From contig JBEUKZ010000108.1 of NCBI GenBank assembly GCA_048128005.1, positions 118,396 to 138,395 on the forward strand: 20,000 nucleotides of DNA, written 5' to 3'. The notes under the pieces were generated by a model. That model searched no databases. It was not told the origin of the DNA and worked only from the letters and a program-made list of their open reading frames with translations. A program made the position numbers and the translations under genes. This document shows, one piece after another, positions 9,712-20,000 of the stretch; the stretch's first letter is position 1, and every line of letters begins with the position of its first letter. The stretch comes from Veleropilina oligotropha (taxonomy: Eukaryota).

Positions 9712-12700
9712 TCATACGGTTGTGGTCATAAATTGTTGTCTTTTGAGCATACACTCCGTCACAAAGTTTAACACAAGTGTACTGACTTCAGTGTCACCAT
9801 CATTACATGACATAATAAATGTAAATTGTTGGTCTTCGGTCATTGATGAAAATGTAGTGAAAGTGTCTAAAGATTGAGTTAGAGTAGCCCTTTCTTTGTC
9901 ATAAAGGGAGCAGTGAATAATAAAATGTCTCTCGTCTTCCACAGATTGAGTTTTACATAGGGAGCAAATACGGTTTTCAGGGGGAGTTTTTGGTGTAGTA
10001 TAACGACCAACTTCTATTTGGAGGGTATGTGCACTCACCCACAGTTTGGTAAATTGGGCCCTTTTTACATAACTTTTATCATTTAAAATATAGTTTTCAA
10101 TGCAAAATTTATTCTTGAAAAGCCGGTATGTGCGTAGTTTAGAATGAGCTGCTGATGGATTAACAATACCGGTAGTGGAGTCTCTATTAATGTAATTAGA
10201 CCAATTTAACCTAAAGTTTTCTTCCATAGTGTGTTGTAATAACGTAATTGTTCTGTTTTTATTTTTAGCTCCTTGATTGAGCCAAACAGATTCAAGGTTG
10301 AAGTCTGTCCAGATCTTCTTAATGTAACTTGCCCAAGAATTTTCATTAATTAAGGCATATGACTGCAAATATGCTTTATGCACTAACATATCTAGATCAA
10401 GGGTAAAAATTCTGAGCCAGTATTTAGCTGCAATGGATAAAAAGGTAATTATCAATGCATATTGTCCGAGTTTACCTCTTACAGCAGCATGAGTTGTTCT
10501 TCGACTCACTCCAAGAATATATTTACAGAAACATAATAAAACGCTTTCACCCGGGACTCTTTCACCTAATTGCATTAAGTTGTTACTAGTATCCCCTTTT
10601 AGATAGAAGGGACCCCATATTTCGCAAGAGTATGACAGGATGGGCAATATTAATGATCTGAATAATTTAAAGGCAGTTAAGACATTGTTTCTAACATTTA
10701 TCACTTTAAGTTTGAAAAGTGCTTTACGGGCTTGTTCCGTAAGTCGCTCACATGCAGCATTAAATTTGCCAGATGGGGTAAATACAATTCCCAAATAACA
10801 GTAGGATTTAACTATCTCGGTCAGCGAACCTGAATACGTAAATTGAAACGTCTTATTCAGTAGTTGTCCAGCTTTGTTGAATATAATAATTTTAGTTTTA
10901 TTTAAATTGACCGTAAGGTCCCATGTTTTACAATATTCACTTAGTCTATTCAAGGCATCTTGTAGACCAAAGGATGTTTCAGAAACAATAACTACATCAT
11001 CAGCAAACATTAGACAGTTTAATGAAGTGTCATGCAGTTGAACTGGGTGACACGAGTCACCAAATATGTCAGGAAGGTCTCTTAGAAAGATGTTAAATAA
11101 AAGGGGGCTAAGTACGCAACCCTGCTTAACACCTACTGTTGAGGGGAATTCATTACTGAGTCCATCTTCAACTTTAACAGTATATTTTACATTCGCATAC
11201 ATGCTATGTATGATATCAAGGAAACTGCCACCAATACCAGCATTTAACAGTTTATAAATTAATTTTTTGCGTGAAACAGTATCAAAAGCACATTTAAAAT
11301 CTACAAAACAGCAGAAGACTCTTTTCTTTGAGATACTATTTACATACTTGTCAATGATACATTTTAATGAGAGTATATGGTCAGAGGTACGCGAGTTTTT
11401 GCGGAATCCAATTTGGCACTGTGGGATTACATGAGTTTTATCTGTAAATTTGTAAAGTCTATTATGTAAAACCTTACAAAATAGCTTGCATAGGTTGCTT
11501 CCCACAGATATTCCCCTATAGTTTGCTGGGTTGGAGAGATCCCCCTTCTTGTGTATTGGAGTTAACATATTACACCGCCATGAGTCCGGAAAAATTCCGT
11601 AAGATAATAAATGATTAAAAAGCTTCTGCAGAGCTGGAAGAAGTTGGCAGTGCCCAGCTTTAATCATTTCATTCAATATTTGGTCATTTCATGCAGCTTT
11701 GCCATTTTTCAGTTGTGTAATAGCAATAGACACTTCTTTACAATCAATTTTGAAATTAAGTTCATTGAAAATTTTATCTTTATTATTAAGAATAAATGTG
11801 TTCATTGTTTTATCAAGTTCTTCATTAATAGATACTGGTACAGTATTTACAAGCGTTTTAAAATGCGAGACCCATTCGGAGCAGGAAATAGAATTACTTT
11901 TATTGTCAGTTGCGGTGTCTTTTAGATCATCGTACAGTTTCCAAAAGGCTTGTGGGTTATTAGTCTGAAGCGATTCCATTTGATCCATAATCTGTTGTTT
12001 GAACAATAATTTTTTCTTAGCGACAATCTTTTTGAACTTCTTGCGGAGAGAACGAAACTTACTAAGTAGCGCAAGATTTAATGGATCAGTATGAAGTTTT
12101 CGGCTAGTTTGCCTAAGGTCTTTTTTCACATCGGTGCAGTCTTTATCAAACCAAGATTTTTTTTTAGTTTTTACTTTCTTCCTACATTTTAAGAACCGTT
12201 TCTTTCTCCCTATGTGTTTAATGCCAGATATTTCTGCGGTTTCAACAAATATGTCAGTAACCAGTCCCACAAGATCATTACCAGACTCTTCTTGGGGTAC
12301 AAGTGACAGAAAATCATCAATTTTGGATTTAACTGTACAATCGGACAAAGCATAGCAATATTTGATATCGTCACCATTGCTCCAAACAAATTTAGGGCAT
12401 GGTGGGTTAGGTGTATCACTCAGTACATGATCATAACTACTAGTTGAAATAATTACAGATAACATACAATGTATAGACAGGTGGTTCGGATCACTTACAA
12501 AAAAATAATCAATTGTACTCATAAGGTTGATCGAGGTCAACATATAATCAATGACACTTGGTTGACCTGCATAACTATAGCAAGTGCAGTGACCAGAAGA
12601 ATCACCCAGGGATCGACCATTTAAAATACGTACATTTGAAGCTTTACATAATGATAATAATTTAGAGCCATGATTGTCAACATTATGAGTATCCATATTA

Positions 12701-13030
12701 TTTCTGGCTAGTTCTGCATCAAAAATATAGTCAGGGATGTTGTCAGTTACAAGCGACTTGTCATTCAATATGAAATCTGGATCATTGGATGTCCGAGCAT
12801 TGAAATCTCCACATATCAAACAGTTTCCAGATTTGGAATATGTCGCAATATCGTGTTCTAAAATTTCAAATATATCATCTCTTCTCGCTGTAAACGTTGA
12901 GCCAAGCGGACTAATATAAACTACCGCCACATATAGATCTTTCTCTAAATTAAAGAATGATTTTAACAGTTTAAACCACATAATCTCACTGTTTGTTGGT
13001 TGTATGAACCGGACACCTTTACGTATTTCA
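9712..13030 (-). pseudogene. LINE ORF2 (APE endonuclease, reverse transcriptase, Cys/His C-terminus) with one in-frame stop
   Basis: ORFs 11689-13047 and 9712-11676 are in the same frame, joined as KAA*NDQILNEMIK (TGA at 11691-11689). APE motifs CGDFNAR, ILNGR and SVIDY are present. RT motifs NYRGI, QIGFR, FVDFKCAFD, GVKQGCVLSPLLFNIF and LMFADD are present. Confidence 0.93.
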
Positions 13031-14022
13031 TATATAGTTACAAACATACTTACGTCCTTACTCTTGCCATAATAGTAATATTATTGCCAACCGGAAACAG
13101 TGAATAAGTCACGTTATGCACTATTAATAAGTCAAAGACGCAAAAACGTACCACGGTTACCTCCCCTGCTCCACCTCCACCACGTTCCCCCGCGAGACCT
13201 CGCCAAGTCTCGCGAGACTTCTGAACCATAGAAGTCACATGACATCAATTCAAAGTTTTCCGCTGCCGCGGAAAGACGTTGTTTTGCTCCGCAAATATTT
13301 CGAAATAGGCGCCCGATTTCACGTTAAATCAGGACGCAATATATACTTATATGATATAAGTAGTGGAATATAACCCTGTGTTGTGGATACAAGACACAAG
13401 TGAATATAAGAAGATTGTGATTCTCAAAACTTCGAGGAGTTCTGGACATCAAGTAACCGACAGCGTCGCCGTTGCTAAGGAAAAAAGCATGGCCGCTTAG
13501 AGGGAAGTTTCGTGTGTAGCTGAAATTTCTGGTCGGTATATTTATCTGATATTGTTTGAGACTGCAAAGAAAAACAGGTAACTCATTATATTGGATAATT
13601 CCTTAACGACGCTATTTGCTGGTTATTATTGTATAAAATTTCTAGCGTCGTTAATAGGCAGGACTGTTCTGATATTCCTTTAAGTTATTCTGATATCCTG
13701 CCGTTTCTGGGATAATACACCATTGTACTAACATAAAAACATCCACGAGGTCTTTTCAGGTGTTTTTCTGGGCGGTTTTTTCTAAGAGAAAACCCCCGTT
13801 TGTTCTAGTCAATTACCCGGGTTTTTTTACCGGGTCGTGTCGGGTAAATACCCGACCTCGGTGTTCCCAGTGCGGGGTTTTTTGCGCTTTGCGGTATATC
13901 GCTTGATCTTTGATCTTCAGATCAGGGCAATTCTAGGAGTTGTCGTAGTATAGTCACAACTACCATATATATACCTATTTCACTACCCCGTATACCCACT
14001 CCTATCCTCCCGTGTATACCCT

Positions 14023-16400
14023 CTGGTCCGGTGCAGTAGCTCCGGGTGTAACCAGAAAATTCACGGGTTTTGATACGCACACGGAATGCCGTATTCACCG
14101 TAGTTGTAGTAAAATTAAACTTCAGTGTGATTTGTGCCTTGTTTTTACAGACAAGCAGTGGGCGGTTCTATCCCAACCGGGTAAGTCGACCAGGGCGACT
14201 GCCACGGTGGGCCCTCCTCGGGAAAGGGGCAGGAAAAGGGGTTGTTTGCAGACAGTAAGTTAAGGGATAATTCTTCTTTGTCTACTTCAGGGACGCTGGA
14301 CGACAGCCGACGTAAAGCACCGTCTGTCGCCGGGTCTACCGGCGATACCTCCGCGACTCTCGGGGGAGTCACCGAACCCTTGCCGGGACCCCAGATTCAG
14401 GTAAAGGCCCGAGTGCCGACCGTTCCGCCTCAACCGGGCCTAGTAACTGCAGTCAGCCATACCTTGCCGGCTAGCAAGGTATACATGACAGCGCAGCGAA
14501 CAGCTGTACAGGGCAGACCATCCCCATCCTTTTCTTCGGCCTCGAAGAATAAGGGGACAGTTAGTCCTTCTGCGGTACACTCTCCGTCTAGCGACGGTGA
14601 AAGAACCAATGCAGAGAAAGCCTTTAAAGAGGCCGAGCACCTACTTGTAGGTCGAAGACTCGGACAATCGGCGAAACCTGAATCCTCGCTCGAGACCGAC
14701 GCGACTTCCCCTAGGGGTTTTCCGCTCAACCTCGAGGCTCACGAGACGTTCAGAGGGCCCGGTCTCTCCCGTGCACCCTACGTGGTCACGCTAGAGGACG
14801 TGGACAGACCGGCTGCGTTCGGGACGGGGTTCTACGGCGGTTTTCCGTCCGTGCCTCGCTCGAACAGAGTGGTAGACCGATCAGAACTGTTGCCGCAGTC
14901 CTATCGGTCGTCCGGCCCACTGACTGCGCCTCCGGGCCAGTCCTTCGGGTTCGACCCCTCGACAAGTGCCCGTGGACCCTGGTCCTCGGTACCACCTGTC
15001 CGTGCAGCCCGTCTACCTAGCGCCACGGTGACTTCGACCGAACTACCGGCTGTTAGTTCGACGCCCGTCATGCCTCCGGGTTTCTCTTTAGAGAACGTCC
15101 AGGCTATGTTCGCGGCGGAGTTCGAGTCCCGATGTCGGGCCTGGCAACCGGCTTCCTAGCCGCTCCAGGTACCTACACCTCTGCCTGTGGCGCAGAGCAC
15201 GGCTCCTGCCTCCGTGGTGGGGATCGAACCTCGTTCCGACGAGGACCTCGACTCCACTCACTCCGACCTCCCTGTATCGGTCGGGCCCGAAGACGCTGGT
15301 AGTCTTCCAGGCACGCAGGAGCCGACCTCCACCACCCGCCGAACTCGACGCTGTTGCGTCACTTCGCGGGGTGCTTGACCTGCCGGAACCGACTCGGTCG
15401 TATGTAGGCCCGGTCAAGCACAGGACGGCGGCGCATCGGTTTGTTGAGAAGGAAGCCCCCTTGCTTCCTTCCTTACCTCAGTCCGGGCTGGTTGATCGGG
15501 TGTTGACTCGACAACCAAGCTCAGTCGGGGGCGCAATCCGGTGGAGTCCTCCCCACTGACCGAGTACCCTTCGGGGTTCCGTAGTGGGAGGTACCTCCGG
15601 GCCAGTTCGCGTTCGATCCCGTTCGCATGTACTGGTCCGTGCCTGGCGACTGAGCCGGTTCGTGTTGACGCAGCGTTGCGTTGACTGACCGCCAGTCACA
15701 CTCCCTCTGTAGCGAGAGTTCCTGGGTTCGCCTTGGAAGCTTTCGAGAGCTCCGCCCGATGGGCTCTGCGGCCGTCGTCCGTTCAGGATTTTTCCTAGAC
15801 GGGACGATAGCCGTATTACAGGAGGATGGACCCGGCGCCCGTGGGCTGCCCTGTCCTTCCTCCAGGAGGTTGCTGCCGTTATGGAGACCAACGCGTTGGA
15901 GACGGGACGTGTCCTGGGTAACGCACTCCTACTTCGTAGGGCCGCTTACCTTGAAGGCACCTCGCTAGATGAGGCCACCCGGCGCTCGTTGCGATGCGTG
16001 CCTTGCTCGGCCACCACTCTATTTGCCGACGATTTCTCAGAATTCGTCGACAGAGAGCGGCGGACCTGACGGACCGTACCATCGAGTAGGCGGTGCTGCA
16101 CCCCCCGGGGGTCCACCCGCCGACTCGAGGAAGCGTTCAGGGCCCACCTGGACCCCGAAGCCTTCCAAGCGTGCATGGCCCTCTTCTGGTGGTAGGCCCC
16201 GGCCATTAACCCACTCCGAAGAGGCAAGCACCTCCAACAAGCTCCCGTACGCAGAGCGGGAGAGGGAAGCCTCGGCCCTAGGGCTGCCGGCACACACACG
16301 ACAGTCCCAGCTACCCGCTTCCGCCGGTGGAAGCGTATCTGTTAGCGTACAGCCAGCCATGGCTAGACTACCAGACAGTAGCTGGGTCCCTCCGTCGTGA
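14023..16400 (+). pseudogene. DIRS ORF1 (gag-like), frameshifted
   Basis: N-terminal Cys/His cluster VRCSSSGCNQKIHGF / DTHTECRIHRSCS..CDLC..FTDKQW, split by a frameshift near 14070. A long Ser/Pro-rich region follows, with an in-frame TAG at 15157. The C-terminal GNALLLRRAAYL..LRCVP..TTLF block resembles DIRS ORF1. Confidence 0.65.
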
Positions 16401-18180
16401 GTGCCGGATACAAGTTGGTTCAACCGGCATCCGACCCTAAACGAGGCACCACCAACAAGACACGCTCGCCTCCTAATCGGAGAAAAGCGAGCGGTCTTAG
16501 ACCAGGCAGTGCGGGACCTACCCGCGCCGCCCAGCACACCAGGAAAATACAGCCATTTCTTCCTGGTCCCGAATCCCGATGGCCGCTAGCGACCGATCTT
16601 CGGTCTCTCGTAAACTATATCTTCGTACCGAGAAATTCCAGCAAGAATCCCTCTCGAAGATACGAGCGGCCATCCATCCGGGCGACTGGGCAGCGTCTAT
16701 CTATCTGACCGACGCGTATCTGCATGCCCCGATGCATATCACGGCTCATCAGTACCTTCGGTTTACACACGGGAGACGATCTACCATTCAGGTTCCTACC
16801 GTTCGGTCTATCGTCAGCCCCGTACGTCTTCACGAGAACAGTACAGGCCCTTAGGGCCTTCCTACACTCTCTAGGGCTCAGGGTACATATATACCTCGAC
16901 GACTGGCTGATCTCGGGGCGTCCCGAGATCTGTGCCTCCGGTCTACGAGCTTTACCCTGTCATCGACGAAGCGCCTGGGATTTCAGATCAACGAGACAAA
17001 ATCCTGCTTCGTGCCCTCGACGACGTTTACGTTCCTCGGAGTCGACTTCGATACGGTCCGGTACACCGCGAAGCCGACCCAGAAGCGTATGCGGAACCTA
17101 CGCGCGGTTATCCAAGACACCCTGTCATCGGACATAACTACGGCGCGACAACTGGCCACTGTCCTGGGGCACATCGAGTCGGTAGCGCCCCTGCTACCGA
17201 CGGGTCGCATGGACAAAATACCGTTACAACAGGCGTTCAGGGATCGCTGGATACAACGGACGGGGCAGTGGACGGATCGCATCGATCTACGGCATTGGTT
17301 TACCGACACGACAGCAGTGTGGTTGAACCCCACTTTGCCGGACCAGTCGGTTCCTATATCCCCACCAGAGCCGAACGCTTACCTGTTCACAGACGCTTCG
17401 AACGACGGCTGGGGTGGTCACCTCGACAGTTACGAGACATCAGGCCTATGGCCGACAGACCTTCAGGGACGACATATCAACTTCCTAGAGTTAGTAGCCG
17501 TCTACCTGTCAGTACGGTCCCTCTCGTTACATCTCCGCAACAAGCACATAATGCTCGCCACGGACAACACGACTGTCGTCGCTTACATACAGCACCAGGG
17601 CGGTACTCGCTCGCGTCCCCTATGCGACCGAGCAATAGACCTACACCGCTTAGTGATGTCCCTCAACTCGACGATTCGAGCCCGACACATCCCGGGAAAG
17701 CTGAATGTCAGAGCGGATTCGCTCTCTCGGAGATCACAGATTTTACACACAGAGTGGACGCTACACAGCCGAGTAGCTCGGGATGTTTGCCGCCGGTGGT
17801 CGCAACCCCAAGTCGATTTGTTTGCAACAGAATTCAATTACCGACTACCTCTGTATGTCTCCCCGTACCCAGACCCGGCCGCCCTAGCGGTCGACACACT
17901 GTCAATGACATGGGAGAATCTGTCCGCGTATGCCTTCCCCCCGACGTGCATTCTATCACTGGTATTACAGAAGGCAGCGACCGAACGTTGCGAGATAACG
18001 CTAATAGCGCCCCTGTATCGCACGCAACCTTGGTTTCCGACCCTCCTCGATCTGATCGTCGATCGACCGTTAGCGTTACCGCAGAAACTAGACCTGTTAA
18101 TGCAACCACGCACCCGTGTACTCCACGAGTCGCCGAACCACTTACGTTTACACGCCTGGCGGTTATCGAACGATCCCTTG
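16401..18180 (+). pseudogene. DIRS pol: reverse transcriptase, RNase H and Dam-like methyltransferase domain; RT disrupted
   Basis: RT pieces lie in several frames: YSHFFLVPNPDGR*RPI, PGDWAASIYLTDAYLH, LPFGLSSAPYVFTR, YLDD (16892-16903), FLGVDFD. RNase H: LFTDAS, HINFLEL, TDNTTVVAYI, HIPGKLNVRADSLSR. Methyltransferase-like: EWTL, VDLFA, YAFPP, WFP. Confidence 0.92.
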
Positions 18181-19226
18181 CTAAGAAAGGATTTTCTAAA
18201 GCTACAGCCTTACGTATCTATCGATCGAGAAGGATTTCCACGACAAAAGTCTATGACTACCGATGGGTTAAGTACGTGGATTGGTGTCACAGCAGGCAGG
18301 TCAATACCCCGTCCCCCTGTGAACAAGTTTATCGAGTTTTTATCGTCGCTCTTCGACCGCGGTATGTCAGTGTCCGCCGTCAAAGGCTATCGGGCAACGA
18401 TCGCGACCACGTTAAAACAGTGTCGTGCCCATGCCGGCCTATCAAGCGACCGAACGATATCAGATTTTATACGATCTTACGAACTCGAGATACCGACCCG
18501 AAAATTAAGCCACCTGCTTGGAATATCGTACTTATTCTTAACGCATTACTCTTTCCCCCGTATGAGTCGATGTCCGAGATAACCATGAGGAACTTGACGC
18601 ACAAAACGGTTTTTCTGATCGCCTTAGCGTCGGGCAGGCGTTGTTCCTAGATTCATGCTTTCTCCTCCGAGCTATGAGATATACGATTCCAGTCAGACGG
18701 GTCGGTGATACGGCGTCCTATTCTGGGCTTCCTAGCCAAGAACCACGGCCGAACGAGGACGCACCCGATGTTGTTATCCCCAAGCTAACGCTAGTCGGAA
18801 GGCGCGACACAGACCGCTTCAATTGCCCGGTCCGGGCGCTTCGGTTCTACCTAGACAGACCCGTGATTTGCGGCAGGGAAAATTACGTTTATTCATATCG
18901 TATTTGTCCACCTACACCCGCGACATTACGAGGACTACTGTTTCGCGGTGGATTTCACAGACAGTGATGTATACATCCGCTGTGACAACGACGACCGAAC
19001 TATTTATCGGTCCGCGCACATGAAGTCCGGGCAAATTGCCGCGTCTGTAGCATTCCGACATAATTTAAATATCAATGCGTTACTTCAGGCTGGATATTGG
19101 AAACACGCTAATGTGTTTGTCAAACATTATCTGCGGGACTACTCAACAAGTGCTGATGGCCTGAGCAGCTTACAGTGTGTTGCTGCACAAAGGGTTATTG
19201 TTAGACCGAGGTCTTCTAATCAGTAA
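18150..19226 (+). pseudogene. DIRS tyrosine recombinase, frameshifted
   Basis: STTKVYDYRWVKYVDWC, FIEFLSSLF..SAVKGYRATI, LTHKTVFLIALASGRRCS*IHA, CPVRALRFYLDR, TVSRWI, AH..IAASVAF and AGYWKHANVFVKHYLRD (catalytic Tyr region) are spread over several frames. Confidence 0.9.
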
Positions 19227-20000
19227 GTATTGTTCTCTGATTGATCATTTGCATATTTACTGACGCCATTTTATTTTTGTTGGCCAAACGGTGCTACGAA
19301 AATTAACACCTATGAGGCAGTTCAATGTCTGTTCATTTCTTAAATCTAATTTAAGATTTTGTACTTTTCATGTCAGACCTGAGCAGTTGACAGCCAGATT
19401 ACATTGAATTTAATAAAACAACTTTTATAATTTTGCACAAACCTTAAAAAAAGATTGAGGTTCAATATTATTTTGTTCTTTGCTGTAATCGAACATACGA
19501 TGTTCAATACATTAAAAAATGTTGATTCCTTAACATTTATTTTTAAGTAACATGTCGAACATTTTTGCTTCCTTAAAATTTATTTTAAGTGACATGTCGT
19601 CCATGTTAGCGTTCGCAAGTTGGTCATGCGAATTACTTATTAATATCGATTATTTATAATAATCTATTAATTCTTTGCTTTTGATTTAAAGCTTTCACAA
19701 CCTGTTAGGTTCCGTGTGCTTACAAATCCGACTGCATCCTCTGGCTACCGGCCTTCGGCCAGGAGTACCATTTGGCTGCCACTGGTCCATGACACGTAAG
19801 ACCTACAGGGATTTATCCTTCCGGCCGTGCCTGGGGCTGATTGCACTTCCGTTCACCTCGTCCGACTCACACCACGGCGTATTCTCCCGGTAACACTGGT
19901 CGAAATTCTCGCTTGGTAAGAGTAGAATATAATACTCAGTAAAAATTCCACTCTAGGCGGACACAATCGACGCTTCATGCTGATTGAATTGGTGACAAGT

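Larger units (their letters stand above)
9189..13030 (-). mobile_element. RTE-X-like non-LTR retrotransposon (LINE), 5' end missing
   Basis: APE+RT ORF2 and an about 520-nt 3' UTR ending in ATTAAA and an (AATTG)4 tail (9208-9189). The C-terminal RICSLC..VEDERHFIIHC motif is typical of RTE-X-type ORF2. Confidence 0.88.
13026..20000 (+). mobile_element. DIRS1-like tyrosine-recombinase retrotransposon, degenerate; boundaries approximate and right end probably outside window
   Basis: The domain order gag-like, RT, RNase H, methyltransferase-like, then overlapping YR is diagnostic of DIRS1-like elements. There is a sharp rise in GC over the coding part. The terminal repeats cannot be confirmed in this window. 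Confidence 0.9.

Noticed and set aside
9377..11691. Selenocysteine recoding (in-frame TGA plus 3' UTR hairpin as SECIS)
   Set aside because: The hairpin's ATGA is Watson-Crick paired with TCAT, and there is no GA/GA quartet or apical AA. The TGA replaces a conserved Gly, not a Cys.
13578..14186. Intron ending at TTTTTACAG (14150) with a 30-nt exon before GTAAGT
   Set aside because: The acceptor lies inside the ORF1 Zn-finger coding stretch (CDLCLVFTDKQW), so splicing there would remove a conserved domain.
14145..18113. Multiple minus-strand ORFs within the DIRS
   Set aside because: They are expected from high GC content and have no motifs.
19910..19925. TGGTAAGAGTAG as DIRS internal complementary region to TTACTCTTGCCA near 13058
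   Set aside because: The match is only 10/12 and does not extend, which is too short to call.

Overview
AT-rich animal genomic DNA. The repeat families look like those of a marine invertebrate, which is an inference. The window is almost entirely transposon-derived. The left half (1-9.2 kb) holds a probable PIF/Harbinger MITE end, a CR1/L2-group LINE 3' stub, a 58-unit 10-bp minisatellite, several tRNA-derived SINEs, and Helentron-type non-autonomous elements (HINEs) nested several layers deep. It also holds a CpG-rich patch with a possible first coding exon on the minus strand. The right half holds a nearly intact RTE-X-like LINE on the minus strand (APE endonuclease + RT + Cys/His C-terminus, one in-frame TGA, 5' end missing). 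This abuts head-to-head a heavily degenerate DIRS1-like tyrosine-recombinase retrotransposon on the plus strand (Zn-finger gag, RT, RNase H, Dam-like methyltransferase, YR). The most unusual signal is a 214-nt GC-rich insert in the LINE 3' UTR (9377-9590). It folds into a rod of about 80 bp only on the LINE sense strand, with about 22 G-U wobble pairs against one C-A mismatch by hand count, which points to an RNA-level structure. All family assignments come from motif recognition, not database searches.
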